From Octopus sinensis (lineage: Eukaryota), in the NCBI RefSeq assembly GCF_006345805.1, contig NC_043000.1, positions 55,800,001 to 55,864,000 of the forward strand: a DNA stretch of 64,000 nucleotides, given 5' to 3'. Each line of letters starts with the position of its first letter. Within the stretch, counting starts at the first letter, position 1. The notes under the pieces are model-generated. The model searched no databases, was not told the origin of the DNA, and was given only the letters and a program-made list of their open reading frames with translations. Below are positions 1 through 13,159 of the stretch, piece after piece. A program made the translations under genes and the position numbers.

Positions 1-1047
1 GAAGACTCTTCGAAAATTTGGGGCGGAAGTTTAACGAAATTAACTAAGAAAAGAAACAACCAGAACAGATATCGCATGCCATTTTATTCGACACTTCTAC
101 AATTCCTTAAATACTGCCGTAATCTGGTACTTTATTCATTGATACCGTAAGGAAGCAAGGTTAAGTTTACCTCGGAGGAATTTGAACTAAGAATGCAAAA
201 GGATGAAACAAATACTGCAAAGAACTCTGTCCAATGCTCTGATGACTCTCCCACTTCGGGGACTTTGTTTAGAAAGGAAAAGACAGCATAGTAACGAGTG
301 GATGACCTTTAAATTTAGTGATTTTTAATCTGGTAATAACAACAACGGTAGAAATAAAAACAATAAGGCCATAGAACAGACACAAATATTTACGTACACG
401 CTTCCTCACACATAAATACACATCTACATGCAAACTGCAAACATTAACACATACATTGTGTATATATGTTTGTGTGCCTTTGTTACGAAATATTACATCA
501 ACACGCACACATATACGCACGTACACATATATCTATAAGAATGTAAAGAGACTTAGAAACAAATAGACATATGTACGCTCAAATCATAAACAAGGACTGA
601 TATGAAAATAAGTTGTTTCGGCACGCATTCTTATATGTGAATGCATATACAAATATATTCGTACACACATTCAAATAGAAATGATCATCAACCCAATTCG
701 AAATATGTTCAACCGATGTATGAGCATATTATATTAATCTGCATATTAGAGAGACAGATAGACAGGCAAGTAGACAGCCGGCTGACCGGACAGACAGACA
801 GACAGACAGGCAAACAGACAGATAGATAGATAGGTAGACAGAGATAGAGAGACACACATATTGGATGTGTTTGAATGCACGTTCAAGTTTGTAAACCAGA
901 GGAAAAAATATACAATACATAGAAAGACTGTAAATATCTATTATATTATATTCAGTTTTGTATTAATAGCTTTAGCTTTTCATTTAACTCATATACACTT
1001 TCCTAAATATGTGTATGCGTCTGTGTGTGCATGTGTGCATGTATATA

Positions 1048-1087
<40 letters not shown>

Positions 1088-2402
1088 AAGGCAGAGATAT
1101 TTATATAAATATAAAGATCGCATAGATATAGAGTAGATGTACAGTGCAGTGACATGTAAGGCTGTGTTTGAATGTGTAGGTGTGTTGATGTACCCATATA
1201 TATATATATATTTGTCCGTAAATATATATATATAGTCAGAGATAGAGACGTACACAAACAGACTGATAGATTCAAACATTCAGACATATGTATATAAAGA
1301 AATATATATAACTATACACACATAAACATATATATATATACTTATTTATTTATATTTATTCATATACACCCACATATTTATTTATATACGCACAAAGAGC
1401 GAATAAAATATGGTATTTAGTTACAGATAACCATGCTGATAGAATCATACGGAGATAGACAGATATATTGATAATTGCACAAGGAAGTGTATATCATTTG
1501 ATTTTTAGGTGATCTGACCCGTTATTTTAGTTCAAATTATTTTCTAGTTCATGTGAAAGAGTACTAAATACATATATTGTTATTTTAGCAATACAGATTG
1601 CTAGATAATATGATAGTATATCCTTTGATTTCAAGGAATTATTCCTCTAACCCGTCATATCTCAGTGCAAGTTATTTTTGAAGTTCGACTCAAAACGTGA
1701 CAGACGTACACACAAAGTTATTTTAGTGATGTACATTGTTGTCCAACCCCCGCTAATATTTTACATTAGCATACATCTAGTTACTCATATGAATATGTAT
1801 GAATGTTGTTATATGAATATGTATGATCGCCCTTATACATATAGAAATGCATGAGTATGTACAGGAATATGGGAACGTGTATATGTATAGGTTATATCGG
1901 TGCATGTGCGAGAACGCACTATTTTGTGTACATGTATGCGTATTAATTTCAATAAATCATAAGAAGATGCACACTAAAAACGCCAATGGATAAAACATTT
2001 CATAGTAAATATAATATTTTTCACACACAAACACACAGATACACACAGTACCACATATTTGTAAAAGATATACATAAGGTACAGATACACACAAAATACG
2101 TATCTGTATGAAGATTTCTTTCTTTGAAATTTCCACACATGCATTCACAGACACGCAGATATTTAAAATATTGATACACGTCCAAGATGGCACTGACCAG
2201 ATCGAAATCAACGACAGATTTTTAACTCAAGTGACAGAATTTTGAAGGAAATCCCGACACACTAGAAAAAAATTTCTTCCGGAAAAAGATTAATAACATC
2301 CTCCTTTTCATAACATTTTTAAAATAATTTGTTTAGAAAAATCAGTTTTCCACTTGAAAAACTGTAATAAGTAATTTTCATAGACTTTCAAGTATACGTA
2401 AG

Positions 2403-2437
<35 letters not shown>

Positions 2438-2442
2438 TATAT

Positions 2443-2475
<33 letters not shown>

Positions 2476-2507
2476 GTATATATACATATATATACATATA
2501 TATATAC

Positions 2508-2579
<72 letters not shown>

Positions 2580-2712
2580 GTATATATAATCGAACATCAA
2601 ATGTAAGAATAACAAAACAACAGGAGGACGCGCACATGGAATGTATTAGTTCAAACATTGCTCTTCATCAGAAAAGAAAACGGAAAAGTAGAGAGGGAAA
2701 ATATTACCAACA

Positions 2713-2754
<42 letters not shown>

Positions 2755-4813
2755 TTATATATACACACACACATACAATAAACCAGTCTTTTTCCATAAT
2801 GCCTGGCTATCTTTGGCAAATGCCTGGATCTTGAGATTATCTCCCCTCGTCAAGTGAAGCTTGTCGTAAGTACTATTTGACAATTATGATGCATCCTTAA
2901 CTATCATAGGTCCTCTTGGGGCGAAGATTATTTTGATAAATCAAGAATTCATGGTGCATGATGCATCTGCATTAATCTATGTCGTATGAGCGCGCGAGCG
3001 CGCGTTTGTGTGTGTGTGCGTGCGGTCTGGCACGTACCAAAATGGCACTGTTCTAGATGTGGGGGCAGTATTGCTTTGTAGGTTGCACTTGAACTTTTTA
3101 AGAGGTTAGCATTTGTTAGGAGTTGATATATTCTCTGTTTCTGCAGAAATAGGCCAGCATTTTGTGAAAATGTATTTGTATATATATAGTTGTACATAAC
3201 ATCAAACGTTCTTTACTATTTCTTCACAAAAGGCTCAGTATTATTGAAAATTAACCTTTTGTTGTATTCGGACACTTTCAATATATGAAATTATTTATAT
3301 CTCACATTTAATTATCACTATTCCAGATAAGATTATCTTTTTACATTTATAATCCTATTAATCATAGCAGCAGCATTTTTCCGAAGTGCCACAAGCAAAA
3401 CTCCGTGTACTTAAAAGTTCTTTATTCAGCTTAAATCTATTGATTCCAGTAGAGTTCAGAACCAGACCATCGTCTCAATTTTATGATCTTAGAAAAAAAC
3501 ACTGATTAATGTTTCTGAATAAGTGACTAATGTTTCAAGGAGTTATATTACTAAATTTGATTGTTCAAGCTGTTGTTTACAAAAAGGAAGCTTTTTGACA
3601 AGTATTCTTAATCTTGCCATCATGTTGTTAAACATTTTAATTGCAGAAGATAAATCATGTATCACCTTCAGTTGGCTTTACTTGTCGGTCGTAAGTTCCT
3701 TTAATCTTCTCGGATATGTTTATAAATACGAGAAGGGAACAATTTTGAAATAGTCCAAAACTTGTTTCCACTTGAAAGAGATGAGTAATTCAATAATGAA
3801 AGGTAATGTCCAGCCAAACCATCTGAAAACACTTTAATACAAGAAAATGTAGAGCAGTAACCACTGTCACATCCAACATCTGATGCTTTGACCAGAGATT
3901 TCACATATCATAACAATAACCAATATAGTCTGTTGTAGATTAGATCAGTGTAATATATTTAATGCATAGAGAACTAAAAATATTAACTACAAATAATTAT
4001 GTGGTAAGGAAACGCAAATTTAGGCGACGAGAAATGTCTCTAGCAATTGTTCAAGAAACAAAGGGATAAAATCCCAGATGTTTCGATATTTTTTATATTA
4101 TCAGAGAAGGACTGCCTTCACCATACTTGTCAAAGTAGAGAATATTTTATCACTAGGTAAATGACCGAGTTTGTACATTTGTTAACATAACAGACAATGG
4201 AACTGTTGCAAGTATAAATAATTCAAGATCTGTCTCAAACGGTTGTTGTAATCGTCGAAACAATATCCTGAATTTGCAAAATACGTACGCTTTTTAGTAA
4301 GTTGATTGACAATGCTTCTACATTTTTCAGAACTACGAAAATTGCAGCTATAAACTATTAAAATATAGCATTAAAATATTCCATACAATTATAAACACAT
4401 TAGTGCAGGAAGTTTGTGGATGCTATTTTTATACAGAGCACAAATGCTTTTCTTTTCTTAACAGACAGAATACAACAGCTGAAATATTACAACAATAAGC
4501 TCAACTATGAACTTTGACATATTCTGGTCATGTAAAATTTTTACGTCAGACAGAAGACGAGCAAAACTACATATATGCATTTCTTTTGACAAAGCGTATA
4601 AAATGTACAAGGAATTTGGAAATTATGTTTCGATTAAGAAGTGATGAATGGTTGAAACATGGACGTTAGGAACAATTATTCTTCAGCATTAAAATGATAA
4701 TATTATAATCTGCAAACTTGGAAAGCTTCAAGAATTTAAAAGAAAAGCTATCGTAAGTTTGCAGGGTTATCTATCTCTCCTTCTCCCTCCCTCTGTCTGT
4801 CTCACTCTCCCTT

Positions 4814-4848
<35 letters not shown>

Positions 4849-4944
4849 TATCATATTATATATTATATATATATATAAGCAATATATATATATTATATAT
4901 TATATATTATATATTATATATATATATTATATATATATATATAA

Positions 4945-5440
4945 GCAATAGAAAGCTCCAGCCAAGTCACAAGTATATACTCACAACCAACTTTTATTTC
5001 CTGTCTTACAAGTGTTCAATGTGGCCACCACCTGCAGCACGTGCGACATCAGTGCGATAAGAGAATTCCTCCTAGACGCGTATCAACATATCACGATCCA
5101 CTAAGTTGATCGCTATTGTTATTCGATGCTTAAGTTCATCGAGATTAGTGAGTAGCGGTGCAACATAAACGCAATCTTTTACATATACCCACAAGGAAAA
5201 AATCATACAACAGAGATCAACTCAGTGGATCGTGATATGCTGATACGCGTCTGGGAGGAATTCTCTTATCGCATTGATGTTGCCTGTGTTGTAGGTGGTG
5301 GCCACATTGAACAATTGTAAGACAGAACATAAAATCTGATTGTGAGTAAATACTTGTGACTTAGCTGGAGTTTTCTAATGCATTTCCTTATTAAAATACT
5401 GCATAATGAAATCGCTTCATTCCTTTTGAATAACCCCGTA
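4945..5440. mobile_element. Fold-back Tc1/mariner-derived MITE made of two inverted transposase 3' ends
   Basis: The minus strand 5217->5006 reads ...LWVYVKDCVYVAPLLTNLDELKHRITIAINLVDRDMLIRV*EEFSYRTDVARAAGGGHIEHL*. The plus strand 5215-5320 reads INSVDRDMLIRVWEEFSYRIDVACVVGGGHIEQL*. The arms also match in the 3' UTR (4945-5000 vs 5325-5381). The right end is ...CTTTTGAATAACCCCG|TA; the left terminus is lost in (TA)n. Confidence 0.8.
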
Positions 5441-5464
5441 CATATATATATATATATATATATA

Positions 5465-6749
5465 CAGGTGGGAAGCAAAGTTTACAATGAACGTTAAGTT
5501 GTTTTTTCTCAGCAGGCACTAAGTCAATTGTTTTGAAACCTAGCATATATTGATGTCGTAATCATACCTAACACTATTATCCTTACCTTTTCAGAAACTT
5601 TTGCCCCTATAAGTAATCAGGAAGGCAAATGTCAAAGAGTGTGTGATTTGCTGAATGCTCTCGTCACACCAAAGGAAATTTCAAGAATAGTTGGAGTGTC
5701 CATAAAGATTGTTTATAATGTAAAGAATAGAATGACTATGAGCAAAACTATTATGAGGAGGTCTGGAAGTGGAGGAATTAACAAAAACTTACCGAAGCTT
5801 TTATTAAAGTTCTCAAATCCAAAATCCTATAGGATCCAACCAAATCCATGAGAAAAATGGCAATTGAAATTGAGGAAGTCAACAAGACCATTAGAAATGC
5901 AGTAAAATAGGATTTGAGGTTAAAATCTTACACGAGAACACCAAAATACTTCTTGACAACAGCTATGAAGGAAAAGAGATTGGAAAGGTGCAAGAAAATT
6001 ATTACATGGTTCAAAAAAGAGTCCTCCATTGTAACGATCTTTTCAGATGAAAAGATCTTCAGTGTAGATTCTGTTCTGAACTGCAGAAATTACAGATTTA
6101 TTGCAAAATCAACAGCAGAAGTTAAGGGGACATTCAAAACAAAACATTCTGCTCAAGTTATGGCTTTTGGTGTTGTGGCTTCCGATAGAAAGAAAGTGCG
6201 TATAAATCTCTACAAATCCGAATAAAAGATCAATGTTAATACTTACTACAAGACTCTGAGATACCAGGTATTGCCATGGCTTAAAGCAACCTACCCAGAT
6301 GGTAATTATGTATGGACACATGATGGTGCTCCAGCACACACAGCTAGAAAAATACAAGATTTCTGCAAATCCAACTTTAGCAATTTTTTGCAATCATGTT
6401 TATGGCCACCTTCTAGCCCAGATCTAAACCCTCTGGATTATGCTATTTGGGGCGTTTTAGATCATGCCACCAATAGAACATCACACAGTAATGTCGACTC
6501 TCTTCAAGATACTATTAAAGAAGAATGGGAGACTTTGTCTCCCGAATATTTGAGGAACACTTGCGCAAGTTTCAGGAAGCGTGTGAAGGCAGTTATTCAG
6601 AAAGAAGGGGGACACATAGAATAAAAATATTTTCTGTTATGTAAATTTTCTTGTGGAAAATAATCTCATGACTTTCAATAAACTAACTGGTCCTACAATG
6701 TCTTTCAATCCCTGCCGCTAAATATTGTAAATTTTGCTTCCCCCACCCG
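5465..6749 (+). mobile_element. Tc1/mariner DNA transposon, DD37D (maT) type, near full length, decayed
   Basis: The left TIR CAGGTGGGAAGCAAAGTTTACAAT follows TA. The right end ATTGTAAATTTTGCTTCCCCCACCCG is its imperfect reverse complement. Transposase motifs lie inside. Confidence 0.92.
5609..6624 (+). pseudogene. DD37D transposase pseudogene
   Basis: Motifs are TIFSDEKIF (first D), WTHDGAPAHT (second D) and WPPSSPDLNPLDYAIW (third D), with 37 residues counted between the second and third D; the C-terminus is GGHIE*. The start codon reads ATA. There are in-frame stops at 5908 and 6223 and a frameshift near 5.8 kb. Confidence 0.9.
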
Positions 6750-6763
6750 TGTGTGTAATATAT

Positions 6764-6809
<46 letters not shown>

Positions 6810-7383
6810 ATATATATATAATATATATATCACATATATATATATATGTATATATACAGGCACACACAAACACCACACACACACATATATATATAGTAAT
6901 ATATATATATAATATATATATATATATAAATATAAATCTTTTATCTTTCATCTTTTATATGTTTCAGTCATTAGACTGCAGCCATATTGTAACACCATCT
7001 CGAAGAATTTTTGGATCTATTCAGTTTGACTTACAGATTTTTAAATTACTTTTTTTAAACTAAATACTTCAGATACTGGTAGAATGTGTCATGGTAGAAC
7101 AGGATTTACTCTTAACGTTTTTGACAAAATTTTGTATTCTAGAAGTTATTTCGTGTTAAAGTTGTCGTATTTGGGAAAGTTTAACCCATCAATGACGTGT
7201 ATTCAGCTGCAGAAAATTACTGCTGCTATTTGCGATCAACTTCCGGGTCCATTCACAAAACGATGATTCTCCGATAACAGAAAAATTTAAGCTGAAAATC
7301 ACCCCAAACATTACCCTTCTTTAATAACCAGAGATGTTTTTATAGTAACATATATGGAGATGTGTCTATCTATCTATCTATTA

Positions 7384-7419
<36 letters not shown>

Positions 7420-8289
7420 ACCTTGAGCATAATCCTATGAACCCGGAAAAATTTAAAACAGAGAGTTTCTTACTTGAAAATAAATGAGTTAACATGTGAC
7501 ATTATTGACCGAGGTTATCGTGGTCTTTTCCGTAGGCTTTTCTTTCCACAGATAAACCTTATCTGCTTCCCACTTTACACTTTACATCATGACATTTCTG
7601 TGATACACGATCCCTATTGATCGTTTTCCTTTTCTCTCTCATTTTACGATCCCTTATGATCGAAAGCCTACCCCCTTTTTATTTTTTTTTTTTTTTTTTT
7701 TTCTCCCCAAAAAGAAAAGCTCTACTTTGTCCCCTATATATTCAGCCCTGTGTGGCTAATAATGAAACATTTCTGTCTATCTATCTATTCGTGTTTGATA
7801 AGTGCCAATACACGAAACTCTCAGCTTTTGATTAACTCTCTAACTTCTGCCGATGACATATATGCATACATATATCTCATCACACAATCGAACCAATGAA
7901 AGAGCTTCTATCTGGTCTATTGACACGCTAAAAATAGCAGCCAAAGTATCCCCCGCCCTAAATCATTCGCCCATTGTACGTAATGTCCTAGATTATCCCT
8001 AAAAAGACGGTTTTCTGAAGGCTGAAATGACTTTGAAGATAGGTTTGCTGTATCAGGGTTGATTTGAGGCTAAATAACAACAAAATTATTACTGAGACAG
8101 ACCAACCACGTTGCCTGTATGTCGTTGGATGATCTGCTAGAAAAAGTAGCTATGACACATTCTACTGGTATCCGAAGTTTCAAAGTGTTAAGTTAAAAAA
8201 ATAATTAAACAATCTGTCCGTCAAATTGAATAGATCCGAATTTTTAGTCGAATGAAATCGACTCCGAAGCTTATTTTTCTTGTAAACCT

Positions 8290-8494
8290 GGTATTTATTC
8301 TATCGATCTCTACTGCAGATCCGCTAAGTTACGGGACGTAAACACACCAATACCGGTTCTCAAATGATGGAAAGGTGGCAAAAATAAACACAAAGATGCA
8401 TACACATATCTATCCATATATATATATATATATATACACACACATACATACACAACCACATATAATATATATATATAATATATATATATATATA

Positions 8495-8541
<47 letters not shown>

Positions 8542-8645
8542 GACGGCTTCTTTCAGTTTCGGTCCACCAAATCCACTCACAAGGCTTTGGTCGACCCGAG
8601 ACTATAGTAGACCATGTGGTTGGGAAGCAAGCTTTTTACCACCAC
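8290..8645 (-). mobile_element. tRNA-headed SINE family B, internally deleted copy
   Basis: It shares the blocks GCTAAGTTACGGGACGTAAACACACC and CTTCTTTCAGTTTC..CCAAATCCACTCACAAGGCTTTGGTCG with the copies at 14036, 21181, 29604 and 49588. Confidence 0.7.
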
Positions 8646-8762
8646 CACATACATATATACATTATCACACACACGCATACACACATGAACACACAATATA
8701 CATGTATACAGATAAATACATATATATACATCTACATATATAGATGAATCAGTACATCAATG

Positions 8763-9004
8763 CATACATACATACATACATACATGCATACATACATACA
8801 TACATACATACATACATACATACATACATACATACATACATACATACATACATACATACATACATACATACATAGACACATACACACATATAAAAGGAGA
8901 GAGTGATAGCAAGATAAATTTTCGGACAGATAATGAAAAATAAAAAAAGATCAGAGACTGACATATAGACAGATTAGTTGAGATACAGCCAGAAGAGTGG
9001 TGAA

Positions 9005-9043
<39 letters not shown>

Positions 9044-9045
9044 TA
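8763..9045. repeat. (CATA)n and (GATA)n microsatellites
   Basis: Directly visible tetranucleotide arrays. Confidence 0.95.
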
Positions 9046-10380
9046 ACCCTCATAATAATATTCATGCATGCATTACTAATTTGGTTTTAGATTAAAAAAT
9101 CAAGAGTATCGTGTTAAAAGTTGATCAAATATTTAAGCATTTGCTGGGTTTTTGTGCACTAGATTTTTCTCTTTCTCTCCATCATATCTTATTTTACGTT
9201 TCTTCTTTTTCCATTTTCTGTCACTTTGTGTGTGTGTGTGTCTCTCTCTCTCTCTCTCTCTCTTTTTCATTCGATCTTTCTCTTTCACTCTTTCAATCAC
9301 TCTCCCTCTCTTTTTATTTCTATCTTTTCTGGTCTTACTTTCTTCTTTTAAAATCTGATTTAATACATTATTCTGTTTTTGCTTTGATAAGCAATAAATT
9401 TTGATGACTGACATAAATTTAAGCAAAACAGTCAATATTTTGTGACTAACGCAAGCTTGCGGCCGTATGTGATGGAATGAGTGTGTGCTTGTATATAGCG
9501 TGTTTGTGCAAGTATGTTCATGTACACGTGCTTGAGTGTGTACATATGTATGGATTGTGGGTGTGTGTGTATGTATGTACGTACATATATGTGCGTGTGA
9601 GCTTTCGTGACTATGTGCGTCATTTACTTTCTGTTGCTGTGAATGATATTTTTCCTGAATTAATGTATGTGATTGTATATCGTCCTTGTGTTCGAACTTG
9701 TTGAATTCTCACATAAGCTCCCCCTGTCGCAAATAGAATCTAACAACCTTAAGTCTCCTGCGTCTTAAGGCCGGTTGTCAATCTCAAAACATGCCACTAA
9801 TGGTTCTTCTTCGAATTATTGTTGGTAACCTTTTGTTAAAATCAACGTTTTTTTTTTACTTTCATAGGACTTGGGAGTTATTTTTAGCTCTCACCTAACA
9901 CATAGTGCAACTATAATATATAGTTAGTTATTAGGCTATCGTTGAAGATCAAAAGTATAGAACGTACTTGAGCTAATATCATATAGCTTCAACATTCCTA
10001 CATGAAACCTTTGAATATCAAATGGTCACAATATATTGACAAACAAGGCAGTTATTTTCAAAGTTCTCTTGGTCAGTATCGGGGTCATAAACCTTCGTGT
10101 CTTCGGCAGTTGATCAGATTATCTTTTATCGTTACTTTTTTATCTGCTTCACTCATTGGACTGCAGTGATGATGGGGCACTGCCATGAAGGGTTTATTGG
10201 AACAAATCGAGTCCAGTACTTAAGTTTTTAAGCCTTTTACTTGTTCTATTAGTCCCTTTTGCCGAAATCAATACCGATTATCAAGCCGCGATAGGGTACA
10301 CATACAAATACAATGACACACAAACACACACACACACACACACACCACACACACACACACACACACTAATATATATATAT

Positions 10381-10412
<32 letters not shown>

Positions 10413-10587
10413 GTAAATATATATAAAGAATATGAGGGTTTAGTTCAATTGTGATGTAAACGAATAGGTACGTTGTGTAAGAGCTATAGCTGGTCGACCC
10501 TTAGGTTCCAAGATCCCAGCTAAGGCAGTTGCTAGAGATCTGTATTAAGGTTCTGGTATAGAGAAAAAATTATAACTCAAGCAGAAT

Positions 10588-11230
10588 GAGTATCTCAAGT
10601 CATTTAGAATAATTCTATTAGGGTAAGCTGAATTTAAAGTCTTAAAGCCGTTTCTGGGATAACCCAAGCGGTAGGTTAGTATGTCCACGCACTGGGTATT
10701 CCGTTGTAAGAAACAAGATATGAATACTTTAGACAGGGAAAATTTACAGTTTACAAGGAATAAAATTCAGCTAAGGAATAAAATAGAAGAATAAAGAGTA
10801 AAAGTAGTTAGAAGAATATAAGCAGGGGAATAATGTTCACAACCCTTCTTTTCCCACACGATATGGATATTGGCCGGTACTCCCATGAATGTATAGATTC
10901 TTAATTAAAATTCTAGATAAATTCAGGCGATATTTTGGCAGTATTTTGAATTATGTATTCATATTGTAAATGTGTATACAGAGCGAGAAAGTAAGATAGA
11001 CATAAATGGGTTTTGTGAGTGGGTGTATAAAGGATAGGAGAAAGAAATAAAAATAAGACAAGAGGTAAAAGAGTAAAAATAAGAATAAAAAATAAAGATA
11101 TAATGAAAGTAAATGTAATGAAAGTTATATGATAAATGTTTTTTTTTTTTGTGAGAAAGCAGAGTAAAAGAGAAAGAAGTAAAAATTAAAATGTGATAAG
11201 ATAATAAAAATAAAAATAAAAAGGCCAGCT
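10588..11230 (-). repeat. Interspersed repeat, inverted partner of 13160-13698
   Basis: The reverse complement contains ...CAGTGCGTGGACATACTAACCTACC.CTTGGGTTATCCCAGAAACGGCT.TAAGACTT.AAATTCAGCTTACCC and TACACCCACTCACAAAACCCATTTATGTCTATCTTACTT, both also present at 13.4-13.7 kb. Confidence 0.7.
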
Positions 11231-11409
11231 ATTCTCTTGTGGGATATGCCTGAAAGCAGCCTTCTAAATATTATGCATAATTCACCGCAATCACTAAATA
11301 AACAACACGAAGATTTTTCTACATGTCATAGATTCTATCACACCTTTAAATTCTGCCATAGGTCCAAATGCAAACAAATTCAACACCCATAACACATACA
11401 TCCATAGTT

Positions 11410-11483
11410 CTATATTTAAGAGATGAGGAATTATGTACATTATTTACATTTGACGGATATTTGTCCTCATCTGGTTGTTATTA

Positions 11484-11529
<46 letters not shown>

Positions 11530-11619
11530 AATTATTATCATCATCATCATTATTATTATTATTATTCAGGCCACTGCCTGGAATCAAACTCGGAATCTTG
11601 GGGTTAGTAGCGTGCGCTC

Positions 11620-11692
<73 letters not shown>

Positions 11693-11860
11693 CAACAACC
11701 ACAACAACAACAACATCGAAAAATACCTTAGGAATGAGAACCCAGGTTCGAAATTTCCCCAAGACCCCTGATGAAGGCTAGAGGGAATATTAGCCGAAAC
11801 GTTGTGTTAACAACAAAGATGAAGACAAATATCCGTCAAATGTAAATAATGTACATCCAT
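11410..11860. mobile_element. tRNA-head/(AAT)n/hammerhead-tail element, inverted pair (locus 1)
   Basis: Layout is tail(rc)-(ATT)n-head(rc)-(AAT)n-tail. The 40-bp terminal inverted match ATGTACATTATTTACATTTGACGGATATTTGTC(C/T)TCATCT has 1 mismatch. The B-box-like GAGTTTGATTCC is on the minus strand at 11580-11591. Confidence 0.7.
11763..11808 (+). ncRNA. Minimal type I hammerhead ribozyme-like motif
   Basis: GACCC-CUGAUGA-A-GGCUA(10-nt loop)UAGCC-GAAAC-GU-U|GUGUU. The core is intact with one extra A after A9, stem II is a perfect 5 bp, stem III is the palindromic AACGUU, and stem I has 4 of 5 pairs. Confidence 0.65.
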
Positions 11861-12179
11861 TCATGGTCGTTACAAGATATATGTATGTATATTTGTGTGT
11901 GTATATATGTGCGCTTATGCGTGTGTATGTATGAGTACATGTATGTATATATGTGTATGTATGTATATGTATGTATCTATGTGTGTGTGTGTGTTTGTGT
12001 TTGTGTGTGTGTGTACACTTTCTTTTTTCCTCTAATTTATCAACATAAATATCTTGGAAGCTAGCTAGATTTCCTTTTCTTCTACCTCTTTATCAACATA
12101 AGTTATCTCTGAAGCTACTCTTTTATTTATTTGTTCGAGTTATTTGACTACAGCCATGCTGTTGCACTGCCTTTAAGGG

Positions 12180-12895
12180 GACCAGTCGATTAGATCGACC
12201 TCCATACGCAACTGGTACTTAATTTATTGACCCCGGAAGGATGAAAGGCGAAGTCGACCTCGGCGGAATTTGAACTCAGAATGTAAAGACAGACAAAATA
12301 CCTATTTCTATTTCTTTACTACCCACAAGGAGTTAAACACAGAGAGGACAAACAACGACAGACAAACGGATTAAGTCGATTATATCGACCCCAGTGCGTA
12401 ACTGGTACTTATTTAATCGACCCCGAAAGGATGAAAGGCAAAGTCGACCACGGCGGAATTCGAACTCAGAACGTAGCGGCAGACGAAATACCTATTTCTA
12501 TTTATTTACTAACCACATGGGATTAAACACAGAGAGGACAAACAAGGACAGACAAACGGATTAAGTCGATTATATCGACACCAGTGTGTAACTGGTACTT
12601 AATTTATCGACCCCGAAGGGATGAAAGGCAAAGTCGACCACGGCGGAACTTGAACTCAGCACGTAGCGGCAAACGAAATACCTATTTCTTTATTACCCAC
12701 AAGGGGTTAAACATAGAGGAGACAAACAGGGACAGACAAAGGGATCAAGTCGATTATATCGACCCCAGTGCGTAACTGGTGCTTATTTAATCAACCCCGA
12801 AAGGATGAAAGGCAAAGTCGACCTCGGTGGAATTTGAACTCAGAACGTAACGGCAGGCGAAATACGGCTACGCATTTCGCCCGGCGTGCAAACTA
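12180..12895 (-). mobile_element. Head-to-tail tetramer of SINE family A
   Basis: Four units with periods of 190, 190 and 184 bp (AATAC junctions at 12301, 12491, 12681, 12865). Only the rightmost unit keeps the tRNA-like head. Confidence 0.9.
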
Positions 12896-13159
12896 TTCTT
12901 CCAGAATAATAATTTTTTTTATTTCTAGTTCTAATTTTTCTTAGTTTTTGATTCTAGATTCTAAGTCATATTTTTTAATTTAAAATTTTAATTTTAATTC
13001 TTAATCATTTATCCCGTATAATTTAATTGCTATTAAGCTTCAAATATAATTTTAAATATCCGTACTAACCACTATATTATTGTCCTTTGCAACCTTACCT
13101 AGATTGGCTTTCCACCCCAACTTTACTGAAACTTAAACGTTTGACCTCTGACCCCAATG

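Noticed and set aside
3520-4760. Protein-like stretches and splice-like sites (e.g. 3646-3689 with GTAAGT donor; minus-strand ...KKLPFCKQQLEQ resembling hAT-derived proteins)
   Set aside because: There are stops in all frames over short distances and no diagnostic motif. I could not distinguish a dead transposase, a small exon and chance.
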